From an uncultured virus (IMG/VR IMGVR_UViG_3300001348_000010) (Duplodnaviria; Heunggongvirae; Uroviricota; Caudoviricetes), in the IMG/VR virus record IMGVR_UViG_3300001348_000010, positions 1 through 64,000 of that record: a stretch of 64,000 nt of DNA. One strand, written 5' to 3'. Every line of letters starts with the position of its first letter. Within the stretch, counting starts at the first letter, position 1. Position numbers and translations under genes: made by a program. Shown here piece by piece: positions 46,400 through 57,009 of this stretch. The notes under the pieces are model-generated. The model was given only the letters and a program-made list of their open reading frames with translations, was not told the origin of the DNA and made no database searches.

Positions 46400-47121
46400 T
46401 GTATTTTAAAGATTTTCCACAAACATTATATAAGTTTGGAGATGCCGAATCGTTCGTTAGATTTCAACAGTTAAACACTTATGTGAATCTAATTGATCAG
46501 TATAGAGATGATGTAACAGTTTATGAGAAATATATAATACAACCAGGTGAGAGAGCTGATACACTATCATTTAGACTTTATGGTACTACTGATTATCATT
46601 GGACATTCTTTGTAGCTAATGATAATATAAGAGAGAGTGGTTGGCCTTTAGATAGATCACGTATATATGAAACAGCTCAAAAGAATTATCCACATAGAGC
46701 TATTACTACAGCAACTAACATTGGTAATACTAACTTTAAGAAAGGTCAAGTAGTAACTGGTTCACAGTCTGGTTCAACTGGTCCTATTATAGAAGTAAAA
46801 CTTGATCTTGGTATTATTATTGTAAATGCTAATGGTAATTTTAATGATGGTGAGACATTAAGTGTTGGTACAGGTGGTGATACACAGACTTGTCTTATTA
46901 CTAGTGAGGTCGCACAGTATGATTCAATACACCATTACGAGAATTCAGATAATGAATATACAGATATTGATCCTCATAGCCCTAATACATCTGGATTAGT
47001 ACCAGTTACATATGTAGAGAGATTAATTAAATTTAATGATGAGTTATCTCAAATAAGTATTATTAACCCTAAGATAATAGAACAAGTAGTTGGCCAGTTC
47101 AATAAAGAGTTAAAGGCTTAG
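46399..47121 (+). CDS. gp53: Baseplate wedge protein gp53
   Basis: MYFKDFP..Y; GERADTLS..LYG...YHW...N; WP. Confidence 0.85.
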   Translation: MYFKDFPQTLYKFGDAESFVRFQQLNTYVNLIDQYRDDVTVYEKYIIQPGERADTLSFRLYGTTDYHWTFFVANDNIRESGWPLDRSRIYETAQKNYPHRAITTATNIGNTNFKKGQVVTGSQSGSTGPIIEVKLDLGIIIVNANGNFNDGETLSVGTGGDTQTCLITSEVAQYDSIHHYENSDNEYTDIDPHSPNTSGLVPVTYVERLIKFNDELSQISIINPKIIEQVVGQFNKELKA

Positions 47122-47124
47122 ATC

Positions 47125-48375
47125 ATGTCTGATATAGTTGCCTCACAGTATAGGTATCAATCTGCGGTTGTAGTTAATGAAACAACTGGGCTTAGAGTAG
47201 ATGTATCAGCTGCTATTGCTGAACTACAACTATATGAAAACATAACAAGCATTGGTATCTCTGGTAAGATCCTTATAGTTGATAACTTAAATCTATTTGA
47301 TCGAATAAACTTCTCTGGTACTGAGACATTAGATATTGAAGTATTATCAGATGCTACTGGTACAACGATTAAGAAATCATTTGTTATGGTTAATGTTGAT
47401 AATAAGAAAGTTGTAAACGACGAGACTATATCATATGTCTTTAGTCTTATGAGTAAACCAGTATTTAGAAGCAATCTTCAAGTATTAAGTAAGGCTTATG
47501 AAGGTACACCACTTCAGATAATAGGTAAAATTCTTACTGGTAATCTTGGTGTTTCTTTAGATAAGACATTACTAGAAGGTACAGATCCAGTTCAAGAAAA
47601 CATGAGCGTGATATCACCTTATCTAACACCTATAGAGACCATTCAATGGATTCGTAATATGTGTACTACAGAAGCCAGTGGCTTTCCTTTCTTTTTATTC
47701 GGTACAATTCATTCAGATGATATCAAAGTTACTTCACTTGAAAACATAATGAATAAACAACCAGAATTTAATAGACCATTTATATATTCTGGTGCTATAG
47801 CAAATACTCAAGACACTATTAAAAAGCTATTTACTATCGAGCAGATAGAATACAATGATAATTCTAGTACACTAACATCGGTTATAAGTGGTGCTGTAGG
47901 AGCTAAGTATGAAGTATTAGATACTGTTTACGGAACAAGTAATGATAATAAACAGTTTAAAATAGAGGATGCTCTCCCTGATACTAAGTTATATGATACT
48001 AGATTTAAAATAGATGATAAGAAAATATCAGAGTTTGAATCAAACTATATCTTTAGTGTTGTTGCACCTACTATGGCTGACGCAAACGGGTATGGTTATA
48101 ATAAAGATACAAACAAGTTAAAGAGTAAAGTTTTAAGAAATGGTGTTTTACAAGCACTTAATATGAACGGATCAGTCATTAAAGTAAATGGATTACCGTT
48201 TATGGCATCTAAGAGTGTTGGACCTGGATCTGTTATATCTATAGAGGTTGTTCAATTCTTTAATAATAGATATGTTGTAGATGATAAGAAGTCCGGTAGA
48301 TTTATAATCTCATCTTTAGATCACCAGTTCTTTGACGAGAAACATACTGTTACTTTAGGAGTAAGTAAGTTATGA
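47125..48375 (+). CDS. Baseplate hub protein (gp27-like)
   Basis: LYENI....SG.I...D...G.E; position between gp53 and gp5. Confidence 0.6.
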   Translation: MSDIVASQYRYQSAVVVNETTGLRVDVSAAIAELQLYENITSIGISGKILIVDNLNLFDRINFSGTETLDIEVLSDATGTTIKKSFVMVNVDNKKVVNDETISYVFSLMSKPVFRSNLQVLSKAYEGTPLQIIGKILTGNLGVSLDKTLLEGTDPVQENMSVISPYLTPIETIQWIRNMCTTEASGFPFFLFGTIHSDDIKVTSLENIMNKQPEFNRPFIYSGAIANTQDTIKKLFTIEQIEYNDNSSTLTSVISGAVGAKYEVLDTVYGTSNDNKQFKIEDALPDTKLYDTRFKIDDKKISEFESNYIFSVVAPTMADANGYGYNKDTNKLKSKVLRNGVLQALNMNGSVIKVNGLPFMASKSVGPGSVISIEVVQFFNNRYVVDDKKSGRFIISSLDHQFFDEKHTVTLGVSKL

Positions 48376-49202
48376 GTTTATCAACAATACAGTCAGCATA
48401 CTATGGTGATATTCAAAGATGGTTCCTTGGTGTTGTTGTTAATATACAAGATCCTCTTAAAGTAGGTAGAATAAAAGTAAGAATTTATGGTATTCATAAT
48501 AGTGATGTTAATGAAGTACCAGAGAGATCACTGCCATGGGCTCAAGTTGTAACACCTACTACAGAGGATGGCGTATCTGGTCTAGGTAGATCACTTGGTA
48601 TTAAGCCTGGGGCACAAGTATTTGGTGTATTCATGGATGGTATTCAGTCCCAAGTACCTCTTGTTCTTGGTTCAACTCCTAAATTTGAAGCAGCTACAGA
48701 GGTTAGTAATGGCTTTGAGAATGATTCTACATTAAGAACATCACAATCTAAAAATATAAAAGACACTATATCAACTATAGCACTAGTAGGTGATAGTAAT
48801 GCTGAGAAAGCATTTAACTTTCTTATCTCTCATAGCTTTAGCCCTGTACAAGCCGCCGCTATCATAGGTAACTTTATATATCAATCAGGTATGGATCCAA
48901 AAAAAGCATCATATGGTATAGCTGGATGGGATCCAGCCTCTGGTCGCAAACAAGGGTTAGAAGAATTTGCTGATGAAAGGTCTCTTGATATAGAAGACTT
49001 AGGAACACAATTAGCTTTCTTTATATATGACTTTACTACAAATAGATACTTAGGTTATGCTAAGTTTAAAACATTAACTAATATTAAAGTAGCAAGTGAT
49101 TATTTTTGTGATAAGTACATGAGACCTGATGCAGCCTCCGCAAATAAATCAAGAAGAATAGATAACGCTAAGAGAGTTTTGGAGAATTATAATGGCAATT
49201 AA
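48372..49202 (+). CDS. gp5: gp5 N-terminal OB-fold fused to a tail-lysozyme-like domain
   Basis: WFLGVV...DPLKVGRIKVRIYGIH...LPWAQ...VFG.F.DG; AAAIIGNFIYQSG, GIAGW. Confidence 0.8.
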   Translation: MSLSTIQSAYYGDIQRWFLGVVVNIQDPLKVGRIKVRIYGIHNSDVNEVPERSLPWAQVVTPTTEDGVSGLGRSLGIKPGAQVFGVFMDGIQSQVPLVLGSTPKFEAATEVSNGFENDSTLRTSQSKNIKDTISTIALVGDSNAEKAFNFLISHSFSPVQAAAIIGNFIYQSGMDPKKASYGIAGWDPASGRKQGLEEFADERSLDIEDLGTQLAFFIYDFTTNRYLGYAKFKTLTNIKVASDYFCDKYMRPDAASANKSRRIDNAKRVLENYNGN

Positions 49203-50667
49203 TATTAATGTTTTAAATAGCCAACTGAATAGTTTAAATAGTAACTCTAACTTAGATCAAGTTTTAGATAAAAAAACACAAGTAGTAGGACAGACATCTT
49301 GTCAACTAGAGACTGGTCTTAAAGATGTTGGTGTTGCTGTATCTGGTATAGTACCATTAAGTGGTGGTGATCATCCTTTATCACAAGCTGTATCAGCCGT
49401 TGATTCTATAGTAGAAATCACTGGTAGTGTGCCAGGATTAGAAGACAAGCTCATTGGTAATCTATCAAGTGCAAGAATATCAGAGATCAATAGTGCTATT
49501 GGTGAAACAGTTGCAAATGGTGAGTTAAAACTTATAATCAGTACTGGTTCTCCTGAAGCTATATCAAGAGCATTAAAGAATGTAACTAGTGAGAGAGTGC
49601 CAGATGCCATACTATCAAGTGTTGCAGCACCAAATGGTAAGCAGAGTGTATCTACAATAGAAAAGACTATAGAATCAAACATTGGTTCAGCTACTGGTCT
49701 CAGTGAATCTATTGCTGCATATAAGAGTAACTTTTCAAACATACTTGGTTTCACAGGTGGCAGTTTACTATCTAACGTAACACGTAAACTTGACTCAACT
49801 ACAGATATAGTATTAGATGATCTAATTAATGGTACAGGTGTTGATAAAGAGGAAGTTGTTAATCTTATTGAGAATGACAATAGGGAAGAAGCAACTAAAC
49901 TAATAGCAAGTGAGTCATCAAAAGAGTATGCAGACATAGAAGAAAAGGTAAATCAGATCCTTATAAATCCAAATGATACTGTTGAATTCAATGAAAGTAA
50001 GGCAATTGGTAAAAAGACAGGTAATTCATACGTTATTGGTTCAAACAATAATAGTTGGAAAGGTAAAAATACACCTATATCATCTGATCTATTTACATAT
50101 GTAGATTCAAAAGAAGAATTGGTTGCTGAGTTTAGAAATAGTAATAGAGAGATTACTGAGTTTATAGCACACTGGACTGGTTCATACACTAATCAAGACA
50201 TAGGATCACCAGAAGTACACGCATGGCACTTAGATAATGGATGGTCTGGTTGTGGTTATCACTATGTAATTAGACGTGACGGAAGAATACAGAGAGGCAG
50301 ACCTATTGATAGAAAAGGTGCTCACTCAGCTGCATATGGTCATAATGATAAGTCTATAGGTGTTTCTATGGCTGGTGGTTATAACTGTCCAACAGGCACT
50401 AATAACCCTAATAGATACATTAGTGCAGATAGTTTAACACCCGCACAGATGGATTCTTTTAAGAAGTTTGTGGGAGCCTTCTATGAGGTATGGCCTTCTG
50501 GACAAGCACTAGGTCATAACGATACATCAGATAAAGGTAAATTAGATCCTGGGTTTGATGTACCAGAATATGTAAGTGCTAACTTTAATAAAACAAACTT
50601 GATAACAGATGCTAAGGCTTCTGGTCCACTCACAACAGAACAGATTAATTCAGGAATAATAGTATGA
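49192..50667 (+). CDS. Virion-associated N-acetylmuramoyl-L-alanine amidase (Amidase_2) with long N-terminal region
   Basis: AHWT, GWSGCGYHYVIRRDG...GR....GAH, GHND, KLDPGFDV. Confidence 0.85.
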   Translation: MAININVLNSQLNSLNSNSNLDQVLDKKTQVVGQTSCQLETGLKDVGVAVSGIVPLSGGDHPLSQAVSAVDSIVEITGSVPGLEDKLIGNLSSARISEINSAIGETVANGELKLIISTGSPEAISRALKNVTSERVPDAILSSVAAPNGKQSVSTIEKTIESNIGSATGLSESIAAYKSNFSNILGFTGGSLLSNVTRKLDSTTDIVLDDLINGTGVDKEEVVNLIENDNREEATKLIASESSKEYADIEEKVNQILINPNDTVEFNESKAIGKKTGNSYVIGSNNNSWKGKNTPISSDLFTYVDSKEELVAEFRNSNREITEFIAHWTGSYTNQDIGSPEVHAWHLDNGWSGCGYHYVIRRDGRIQRGRPIDRKGAHSAAYGHNDKSIGVSMAGGYNCPTGTNNPNRYISADSLTPAQMDSFKKFVGAFYEVWPSGQALGHNDTSDKGKLDPGFDVPEYVSANFNKTNLITDAKASGPLTTEQINSGIIV

Positions 50668-52685
50668 CAACCGAAAGAGATGATCTAAAAGACAGAGTAC
50701 AAAGGTTCGGTAGTGGCTTTGTTGATACTCAAGGTACTAATAATAATGGCTTTTTGGATCCTAATAAAGAGTTTCCAAGAAAGAAATATAATAATCTATC
50801 TAGTGTAAACGAAGCTGTTAGATCAGGTGAAACACACCAACTACCATTAGGAGCCGATGTTGATGTTCCTCCGCTTACAGCTACACAATATCCATATGCT
50901 GATATAAAAGAAACAGTTTCTGGTCACGTACTTGAGTTTAATGATACACCAGGTGGCGAACGTATTCTTATTAAACATAATAGTGGCTCTGGTATAGAAC
51001 TAAGACCAGATGGTACTGTAGTTGTTCTAGCAACAGATAACAAAGTAGAAGTCACTCATGGTGATCAGACTGTTATAGTAGAAGGTAATGGTCAACTTAC
51101 ATATGAAGGTGATCTTACTATTAATGTTAAGGGTGATTTTAAAGTCAATTGTGATAACTATGAAGTTAACACTAAAGGTGATAAGAAAGAAAACATTGAG
51201 GGCAATAGCAGATCAAAGGTGTTTGGTAATAAAGGTTCTAATGTATCTGGTAATGACAGTAAAGTAGTTGCCGGAGAATCAGTAAGTACACACCTTGGTA
51301 ATGTTACTACAGCTATTAAAGGTACTAATAAGCAAGCCACAGAAGGTGATATCATTATCGCTGGTTCATCTAAGATTGAACTTACTGCAGAGACTAGAAT
51401 AATACAATCATCACCTAAGATGAACATACAAGCACTTGAAGCATATATATGGGCTGATACTGGTACATTCGGTGGTGTAGAAGTAAGACATCATGGTCAA
51501 GGAGCACACTTTAGTGAAGGTGTAACAGCACCGACATTTCATGGTGATCTCAGAGGTACATCATTAACATCTCTTGTTGCTGATATATCTAATTCACAAA
51601 GCTATGCAGATCCATCAACAGGTGGTGGAGTTGGTTCTCCATCTGGTTTTACTGTATCTAATGTAGCACAGCCTGATGTATACACTGCTGCATCTGGTGT
51701 TCTATCAGATGTCCTTACTAAATCAGAAATAGGTGTAAAGACTGTTAAAGTTGATGTAGATAACTTCTTATATAACTCATTAAGAATTAGAAAATTAGAT
51801 ACTGTTGATGTGAGATCAAAGTTAAGGGATCCTTCATATCTTAATGATGTAGACTTTGCTGCTATTCAATTAGGAGCAGGTAGACTTAATGAACAATACA
51901 CTTCTACAACACCTCCAGGTGGTTATGGTAGAGTAAGAAAAGCTGGCGGTACTGCACAAAGAGGATCATCTAAATTAGGTAATGTGGGTATTGAGAGAGC
52001 AACTAAGACATTTATTGTAGATAATAAAAAGAAAATATTCTCGCTTACTGATCAGAAGTTTGGTGAAATAGATTTACTTACAGACGTTACTTCTACTACT
52101 ATATTAAACAAACCAGTTAGTATGGCAAGATTCATTGGTGCTAATGATGCTGGTTCATTTAAATCATTATCGTTAGCTGATAAGAAACAGATTGCCAAGA
52201 ACTATCTTATTCAGACTCATATCACTAAATATGCTATGGGTACATCTGGTAAGTTTTCAGCATATAAACTCAAGGCAGTAGAAGGTTTCTATGCCAAGGA
52301 ACTATATGGTAAAGGTGGTGCCGGTGGGCTTTTAACAGAAACACTTACAGCTGGTGGTTTACTTGATCTAAGAAATAAAGGTCAAGCTGTAGTATATGAA
52401 CTATATGGTCCAGATGGTAAGATGGATCCAGAAGTAACATTTGATTTAGCTTGTAATATAGCAGAGATTGGTTTATTTGATAAACTTACACTAGACTATG
52501 ATATATTTAATCCAGATGGTTCTATGAATGTTCAAATCATTATTGAGACACCAATAGTGACTAAGCCAGAATCAGTTACATTTAAAAGATTAGTACAGAC
52601 TACATTTAATAATGGCTTACAATCAGCGGATAGTTTAGTAGAATTAGAACCAAATCCTTCTAATACTAGCTTTAATCCTCGATAA
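50664..52685 (+). CDS. gp5 C-terminal spike (beta-helix) protein with extension
   Basis: YPY....ET.SGH..EF.DTPGGERI...H.SG..E..PDG followed by VxG beta-repeats. Confidence 0.8.
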   Translation: MTTERDDLKDRVQRFGSGFVDTQGTNNNGFLDPNKEFPRKKYNNLSSVNEAVRSGETHQLPLGADVDVPPLTATQYPYADIKETVSGHVLEFNDTPGGERILIKHNSGSGIELRPDGTVVVLATDNKVEVTHGDQTVIVEGNGQLTYEGDLTINVKGDFKVNCDNYEVNTKGDKKENIEGNSRSKVFGNKGSNVSGNDSKVVAGESVSTHLGNVTTAIKGTNKQATEGDIIIAGSSKIELTAETRIIQSSPKMNIQALEAYIWADTGTFGGVEVRHHGQGAHFSEGVTAPTFHGDLRGTSLTSLVADISNSQSYADPSTGGGVGSPSGFTVSNVAQPDVYTAASGVLSDVLTKSEIGVKTVKVDVDNFLYNSLRIRKLDTVDVRSKLRDPSYLNDVDFAAIQLGAGRLNEQYTSTTPPGGYGRVRKAGGTAQRGSSKLGNVGIERATKTFIVDNKKKIFSLTDQKFGEIDLLTDVTSTTILNKPVSMARFIGANDAGSFKSLSLADKKQIAKNYLIQTHITKYAMGTSGKFSAYKLKAVEGFYAKELYGKGGAGGLLTETLTAGGLLDLRNKGQAVVYELYGPDGKMDPEVTFDLACNIAEIGLFDKLTLDYDIFNPDGSMNVQIIIETPIVTKPESVTFKRLVQTTFNNGLQSADSLVELEPNPSNTSFNPR

Positions 52686-52691
52686 AACTCT

Positions 52692-52699
52692 TATAAATA
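52692..52699 (+). promoter_or_regulatory. T4-type late promoter
   Basis: TATAAATA upstream of gp25. Confidence 0.75.
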
Positions 52700-52724
52700 A
52701 AAGCAATAGGTTTAAGGATAATTA

Positions 52725-53165
52725 ATGGCTCGCATACTTTCAATAGAGGATAAGGATCTAAATACGTCTAGTGTGGTTACATCTCGTAAGCTCAACTATT
52801 TAGATATAGACTTATCATTTGCAAATCGTCCGAGTGGTGATGTGTATAAGAAAAAAGATGCTGCAGCTGTGAAACAAGCAGTAAAGAACATCGTTGCAAC
52901 TGGTAGACTAGAGAAACCATTTGAATCCGAATTTGGTGCAGACGTAACATCTTTATTCTTTGAACTAGCGGATAATAGAGCATCACGTGCCGTAAAACAA
53001 AATATTAGAAATGCTATCTATGTTTATGAGCCACGTGCCGAAGTATTAAACATAGATGTAAATTTACAACCAGATAATAATTCACTTTCTGTAACTATTA
53101 CCTTTAAGGTAGTCAGTTCGGAAGAAACTGTTACACTCAATACCATCGTTTCGAGGTTAAGATAA
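52725..53165 (+). CDS. gp25: Baseplate wedge protein gp25
   Basis: Y.DIDLSF, AVKQAVKNI..T...EKPF...FG....LFE, EPR. Confidence 0.9.
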   Translation: MARILSIEDKDLNTSSVVTSRKLNYLDIDLSFANRPSGDVYKKKDAAAVKQAVKNIVATGRLEKPFESEFGADVTSLFFELADNRASRAVKQNIRNAIYVYEPRAEVLNIDVNLQPDNNSLSVTITFKVVSSEETVTLNTIVSRLR

Positions 53166-53166
53166 T

Positions 53167-54990
53167 ATGGCTACAACAATTAAATCAACAGAACTTGACT
53201 TCAATACAATCAAGAACAATCTAAAAACAGAACTTGCATCTAAGAGCGAGTTTGCTGACTATAACTTTGAAGCATCTGGTTTATCAAATATTCTTGATGT
53301 TCTTGCTGTGAATACACACTATAATGGATTAATTGCTAACTTTGCTTTGAATGAATCATATCTTTCTACAGCTCAGTTAAGAAGTTCATTGGTATCATTA
53401 GCAGAAGGTATTGGTTATATTCCAAAATCTAAGACTGCTTCAATGGCTACTGTTACACTATCAACTAACACTGGTGATTTATCAGGTAGACCTTCAACAC
53501 TAGCTTTGGCTAGTGGTACTAAGTTTACTGCTTCAGTAGATGATGTAACGTATACATTTCAGACTACAGAGACAGTAACCGCTACAGATAATGGTTACGG
53601 ATACTATTCATACTTAACACCAGATGGTTCAACTAACATTGGAATCAAAGAAGGTATTGCTAAAACAAAAACATTCTTTGTAGGACGAGATAGTGTAGAC
53701 GATGTGTATGTTATCCCTGATAAAAACATAGATATGGAAACTGCGATTGTTAAAGTATACCAATCAGCAACTGATACAGCATTTACTTCATATATTAATA
53801 TTGGTAAATCATCTACTATTAATGCCAATACTCGATTATACATTATGAAGGAAGCACCTAATGGATTCTATGAAATAACATTCGGAGATGGTATAACACT
53901 AGGTGCGGCACCTGAGGCTGGTAATAAAATTGTTATAGAGTATCTACAAGTAAGTGGTTCTATTGCTAATGGAGCCAGTGCATTTATTGCTAAATCAAAG
54001 ATTCAAGTATTAGGTTCAGACTATGATGTAAATACAGTTACCTTTACTAATTCTATTGGTGGTGCGGAAGAAGAAACAATGTCTTCCATTCGTAAAAACG
54101 CACCATTTCAATATGCTACACAGAACCGTATGGTTACTGCAGTTGATTACTCTACATTGGTTTTATCTAACTTTGGTACACTTATCAAAGACATTCAAGC
54201 ATTTGGTGGAGAAGACGCCTTAGAACCAGAGTTTGGTGTAGTATTCTTATCCGTTGTTTTTAATTCAGATGTAACAGCAGATACTATTACAACTACAAAG
54301 GATGCTATTACTGATCTATCTAAACAGTTATCGGTTGTGGGCTTTGATATTAAGTTTGAAGATCCCGTTACCACATTCATTGAGACAGAGATATTCTTCC
54401 AGTTTAACCCTAAACTTGGTTCACTATCTCTAAACAGTGTGCAAGATAATGTACAAACAGAAATTAATAATTACTTTTCTAGTAACATTGGTAAATTTAA
54501 CCAGACATTCCGTAGATCAAATTTATTGTCTGACGTTGATGAAGTTAGTACATCTGTTCTATCTTCACGTGCTAACATTAAAGTTCAGCGTAGGTTTACT
54601 CCTACAACAGATACACTTCAAGATCATACTCTAAGGTATCCAGTTGATATTGCTGAACCAGATGATGTAAACTATATTATTACAACTACACCATTTCAGT
54701 TTAATGGTAAAACTTGTATTATTAGAAATAAACTAGGTTCAAATAAACTTCAAGTTGTTGCTCTTGGCGAACAATCAATAGAATCAGATAACATTGGTTC
54801 ATATAATAACAAATCAGGTGTTATAAGTATTGTTGGATTAAGAATACAATCTGTTATAGGTGGAGATGCATTTATTAAAGTAACTGCAGTTCCAGCTAAC
54901 CAATCAGCCATCAGTCCACTTAGAAATGATATTCTTGAGTATGATGCTGGTCCATCTTTTGCTACTGGAGTTGTGGTTACAACCACATAG
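53167..54990 (+). CDS. gp6: Baseplate wedge protein gp6
   Basis: LDF..IK.NL, F.DYNFE.SGL...LDVLA.NTHY, FGDG..G..P, QNRMVTA.DY. Confidence 0.92.
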   Translation: MATTIKSTELDFNTIKNNLKTELASKSEFADYNFEASGLSNILDVLAVNTHYNGLIANFALNESYLSTAQLRSSLVSLAEGIGYIPKSKTASMATVTLSTNTGDLSGRPSTLALASGTKFTASVDDVTYTFQTTETVTATDNGYGYYSYLTPDGSTNIGIKEGIAKTKTFFVGRDSVDDVYVIPDKNIDMETAIVKVYQSATDTAFTSYINIGKSSTINANTRLYIMKEAPNGFYEITFGDGITLGAAPEAGNKIVIEYLQVSGSIANGASAFIAKSKIQVLGSDYDVNTVTFTNSIGGAEEETMSSIRKNAPFQYATQNRMVTAVDYSTLVLSNFGTLIKDIQAFGGEDALEPEFGVVFLSVVFNSDVTADTITTTKDAITDLSKQLSVVGFDIKFEDPVTTFIETEIFFQFNPKLGSLSLNSVQDNVQTEINNYFSSNIGKFNQTFRRSNLLSDVDEVSTSVLSSRANIKVQRRFTPTTDTLQDHTLRYPVDIAEPDDVNYIITTTPFQFNGKTCIIRNKLGSNKLQVVALGEQSIESDNIGSYNNKSGVISIVGLRIQSVIGGDAFIKVTAVPANQSAISPLRNDILEYDAGPSFATGVVVTTT

Positions 54991-54996
54991 AAATAT

Positions 54997-55965
54997 ATGT
55001 CACAACGAGATAAAACATTAAAAGATAATAATAGACGTAATCTATTACTGCACGATTGTCATTCTATTCGTGAGGTTCTGCCTGCATATTTTCTTGAAGA
55101 GTATCCTAAACTTGTTAGCTTTCTTGAAGCCTACTATGAATGGGAAGATAGCGGTAAGACTCCGTCAAAATTAATACATGACTTATTTCTAAACAGAGAT
55201 ATTACAGCAACAGACATTTCAAATCTTTCTTTCATTGAAGATGAATTACTATTAGGTCAACAATACTTTGAAGGCTTTCAGAATAAAAGATCAGCAGCTA
55301 AGTATTCTAACACACTATATAGATCAAAGGGTACACTCTTTTCTATTGAACAATTCTTTAGATCATTCTTTAGTATCTCTCCAGATGTTGTATATACAAA
55401 AGAAAACATATTTAATGTTGGAGAGAATACATCACTTATAGGACCAGAGTCACTCAAGTATCTTGTTGATGATAAACTATATCAGAAGTATGCACTATTA
55501 GTTAAAGCGCCTATTCCTATTAGTCAATGGAAAGAAGCATATAAGTTATTTGTACACCCAGCCGGTATGTACATTGGTGGAGAAGTTCAGCTTGTAAGTC
55601 AGAATGTTAATGATCTTTTAGTTATGCCAGATGTTATAATTGCTGATCAGTTTGATCCAATATACGAAGGTGTTGCTACAGCAGGGCTTGAAGCACAATT
55701 AGATATTACTGGTCTGAGACCACGTGGTGTGTTCTTAGATAGTGATACACGTATAAGTCTTAATGGTCAAGTTGAAGATTATGCTACACGTACAATTGAA
55801 GAGATTGGCAGAAACTATGATACTATAGAAGAATGGATTGGTACTAACTCACCAACATTCGATGAAGACTCAGCAGTCGGTGATCCATATGCACCAAGAA
55901 TGTCTACAGAATTAGATACGTTCGACGAAGTTAATTACATTTGGTATGACTCAGACTCAGCCTAA
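54997..55965 (+). CDS. Baseplate wedge protein gp7-like (short)
   Basis: LP.Y..E.YP....FL.AYY.W; LY.SKGT..S...FFR; HPAG. Confidence 0.72.
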   Translation: MSQRDKTLKDNNRRNLLLHDCHSIREVLPAYFLEEYPKLVSFLEAYYEWEDSGKTPSKLIHDLFLNRDITATDISNLSFIEDELLLGQQYFEGFQNKRSAAKYSNTLYRSKGTLFSIEQFFRSFFSISPDVVYTKENIFNVGENTSLIGPESLKYLVDDKLYQKYALLVKAPIPISQWKEAYKLFVHPAGMYIGGEVQLVSQNVNDLLVMPDVIIADQFDPIYEGVATAGLEAQLDITGLRPRGVFLDSDTRISLNGQVEDYATRTIEEIGRNYDTIEEWIGTNSPTFDEDSAVGDPYAPRMSTELDTFDEVNYIWYDSDSA

Positions 55966-55969
55966 CCCT

Positions 55970-55977
55970 TATAAATA
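55970..55977 (+). promoter_or_regulatory. T4-type late promoter
   Basis: Intergenic TATAAATA. Confidence 0.75.
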
Positions 55978-56005
55978 AAGATAATAGATTTGGATAGAGA
56001 TTAAA

Positions 56006-56998
56006 ATGGCAAGACAAGATATAGCCCGAGGCACAGCCGCTAATGACGGAACCGGTGATACACTACGTGTTGCTGGTCTAAAGATTAACCAAAACTTTGC
56101 TGAGCTGTACCAATTGCTCGGTGGTGACTCTGCTGAGTTAAGTGCTGGTGTTTCATTAACAGATCAAGGTGTTCTTTTTGAAGGCACTAACGTTGATGAT
56201 CACGAAACAACATTAACAGCTGGTAACCCATCTGCTGATATATCATTAGCATTACCTACAGCGGGTACTGAACTAATCTCTAATAGTGCAACACAGACAC
56301 TAACCAATAAGACATTAACATCAGCTGTTCTTACAACACCAAAGATTAATGATACATCATCTAATCATCAATACATATTTGCTGCAAGTGAATTATCTGC
56401 AAATAGAACTGTTACATTACCTTTATTAGGTGGTGGTGATACATTTGTATTTCAAGCACATACACAGACATTAACTAATAAGACATTAACTTCACCTCTT
56501 ATCAATACTGGTAAGATTGGCGCTAGTATTAATGATACTAATGGCGCAGAGTTAATTAAAGTAACAGCAACTGCTAGTGCAGTAAACCAAGTATTAGTTG
56601 CCAATGCTGCAACTGGTAATGCTCCATCTATTACAGCTGACGGAGATGATACTAATGTAAGTCTTATACTTGGATCTAAAGGTACTGGTGCTGTTAATAT
56701 CAATAACAAAGTTGTGCATCGTGAACACTTTATGACAGGCGACGGTGCTGTAAACTTAACAATTCCTCTTACAATCTTTAATGCTTCATCAGCACTTGCT
56801 ATTACAATGGCAGATGGAGTTATTACTGGTGAGACTAAATACTTTGTAAATAGAGGAACAGGTACTGCTACAGTAACAATAACAAGCTTAGTAGGTACAG
56901 GTAACCCATCAACAGTAGCATTTGCGGCACATGAAGCTGGTTTCATGATGTGGGATGGTGCAAACTGGCACTTAGCCTCTAAAACAGTTGCTTCTTAA
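56006..56998 (+). CDS. Baseplate/fibre protein with gp9/gp10-like N-terminus
   Basis: G.AANDGTGDTLR.AG.KIN.NF.ELY; repeated TQTLTNKTLTS. Confidence 0.78.
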   Translation: MARQDIARGTAANDGTGDTLRVAGLKINQNFAELYQLLGGDSAELSAGVSLTDQGVLFEGTNVDDHETTLTAGNPSADISLALPTAGTELISNSATQTLTNKTLTSAVLTTPKINDTSSNHQYIFAASELSANRTVTLPLLGGGDTFVFQAHTQTLTNKTLTSPLINTGKIGASINDTNGAELIKVTATASAVNQVLVANAATGNAPSITADGDDTNVSLILGSKGTGAVNINNKVVHREHFMTGDGAVNLTIPLTIFNASSALAITMADGVITGETKYFVNRGTGTATVTITSLVGTGNPSTVAFAAHEAGFMMWDGANWHLASKTVAS

Positions 56999-57009
56999 GG
57001 ACATAGACA

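Noticed and set aside
49371..49937. Long antisense ORFs (also 6132-6575, 38969-39391, 41917-42309, 56452-56946)
   Set aside because: Shadow frames of well-supported genes, with no RBS or recognisable motifs
56292..56493. Repeated TQTLTNKTLTS segments as a DGR or repeat array
   Set aside because: Common fibre protein repeat with synonymous differences; only two copies
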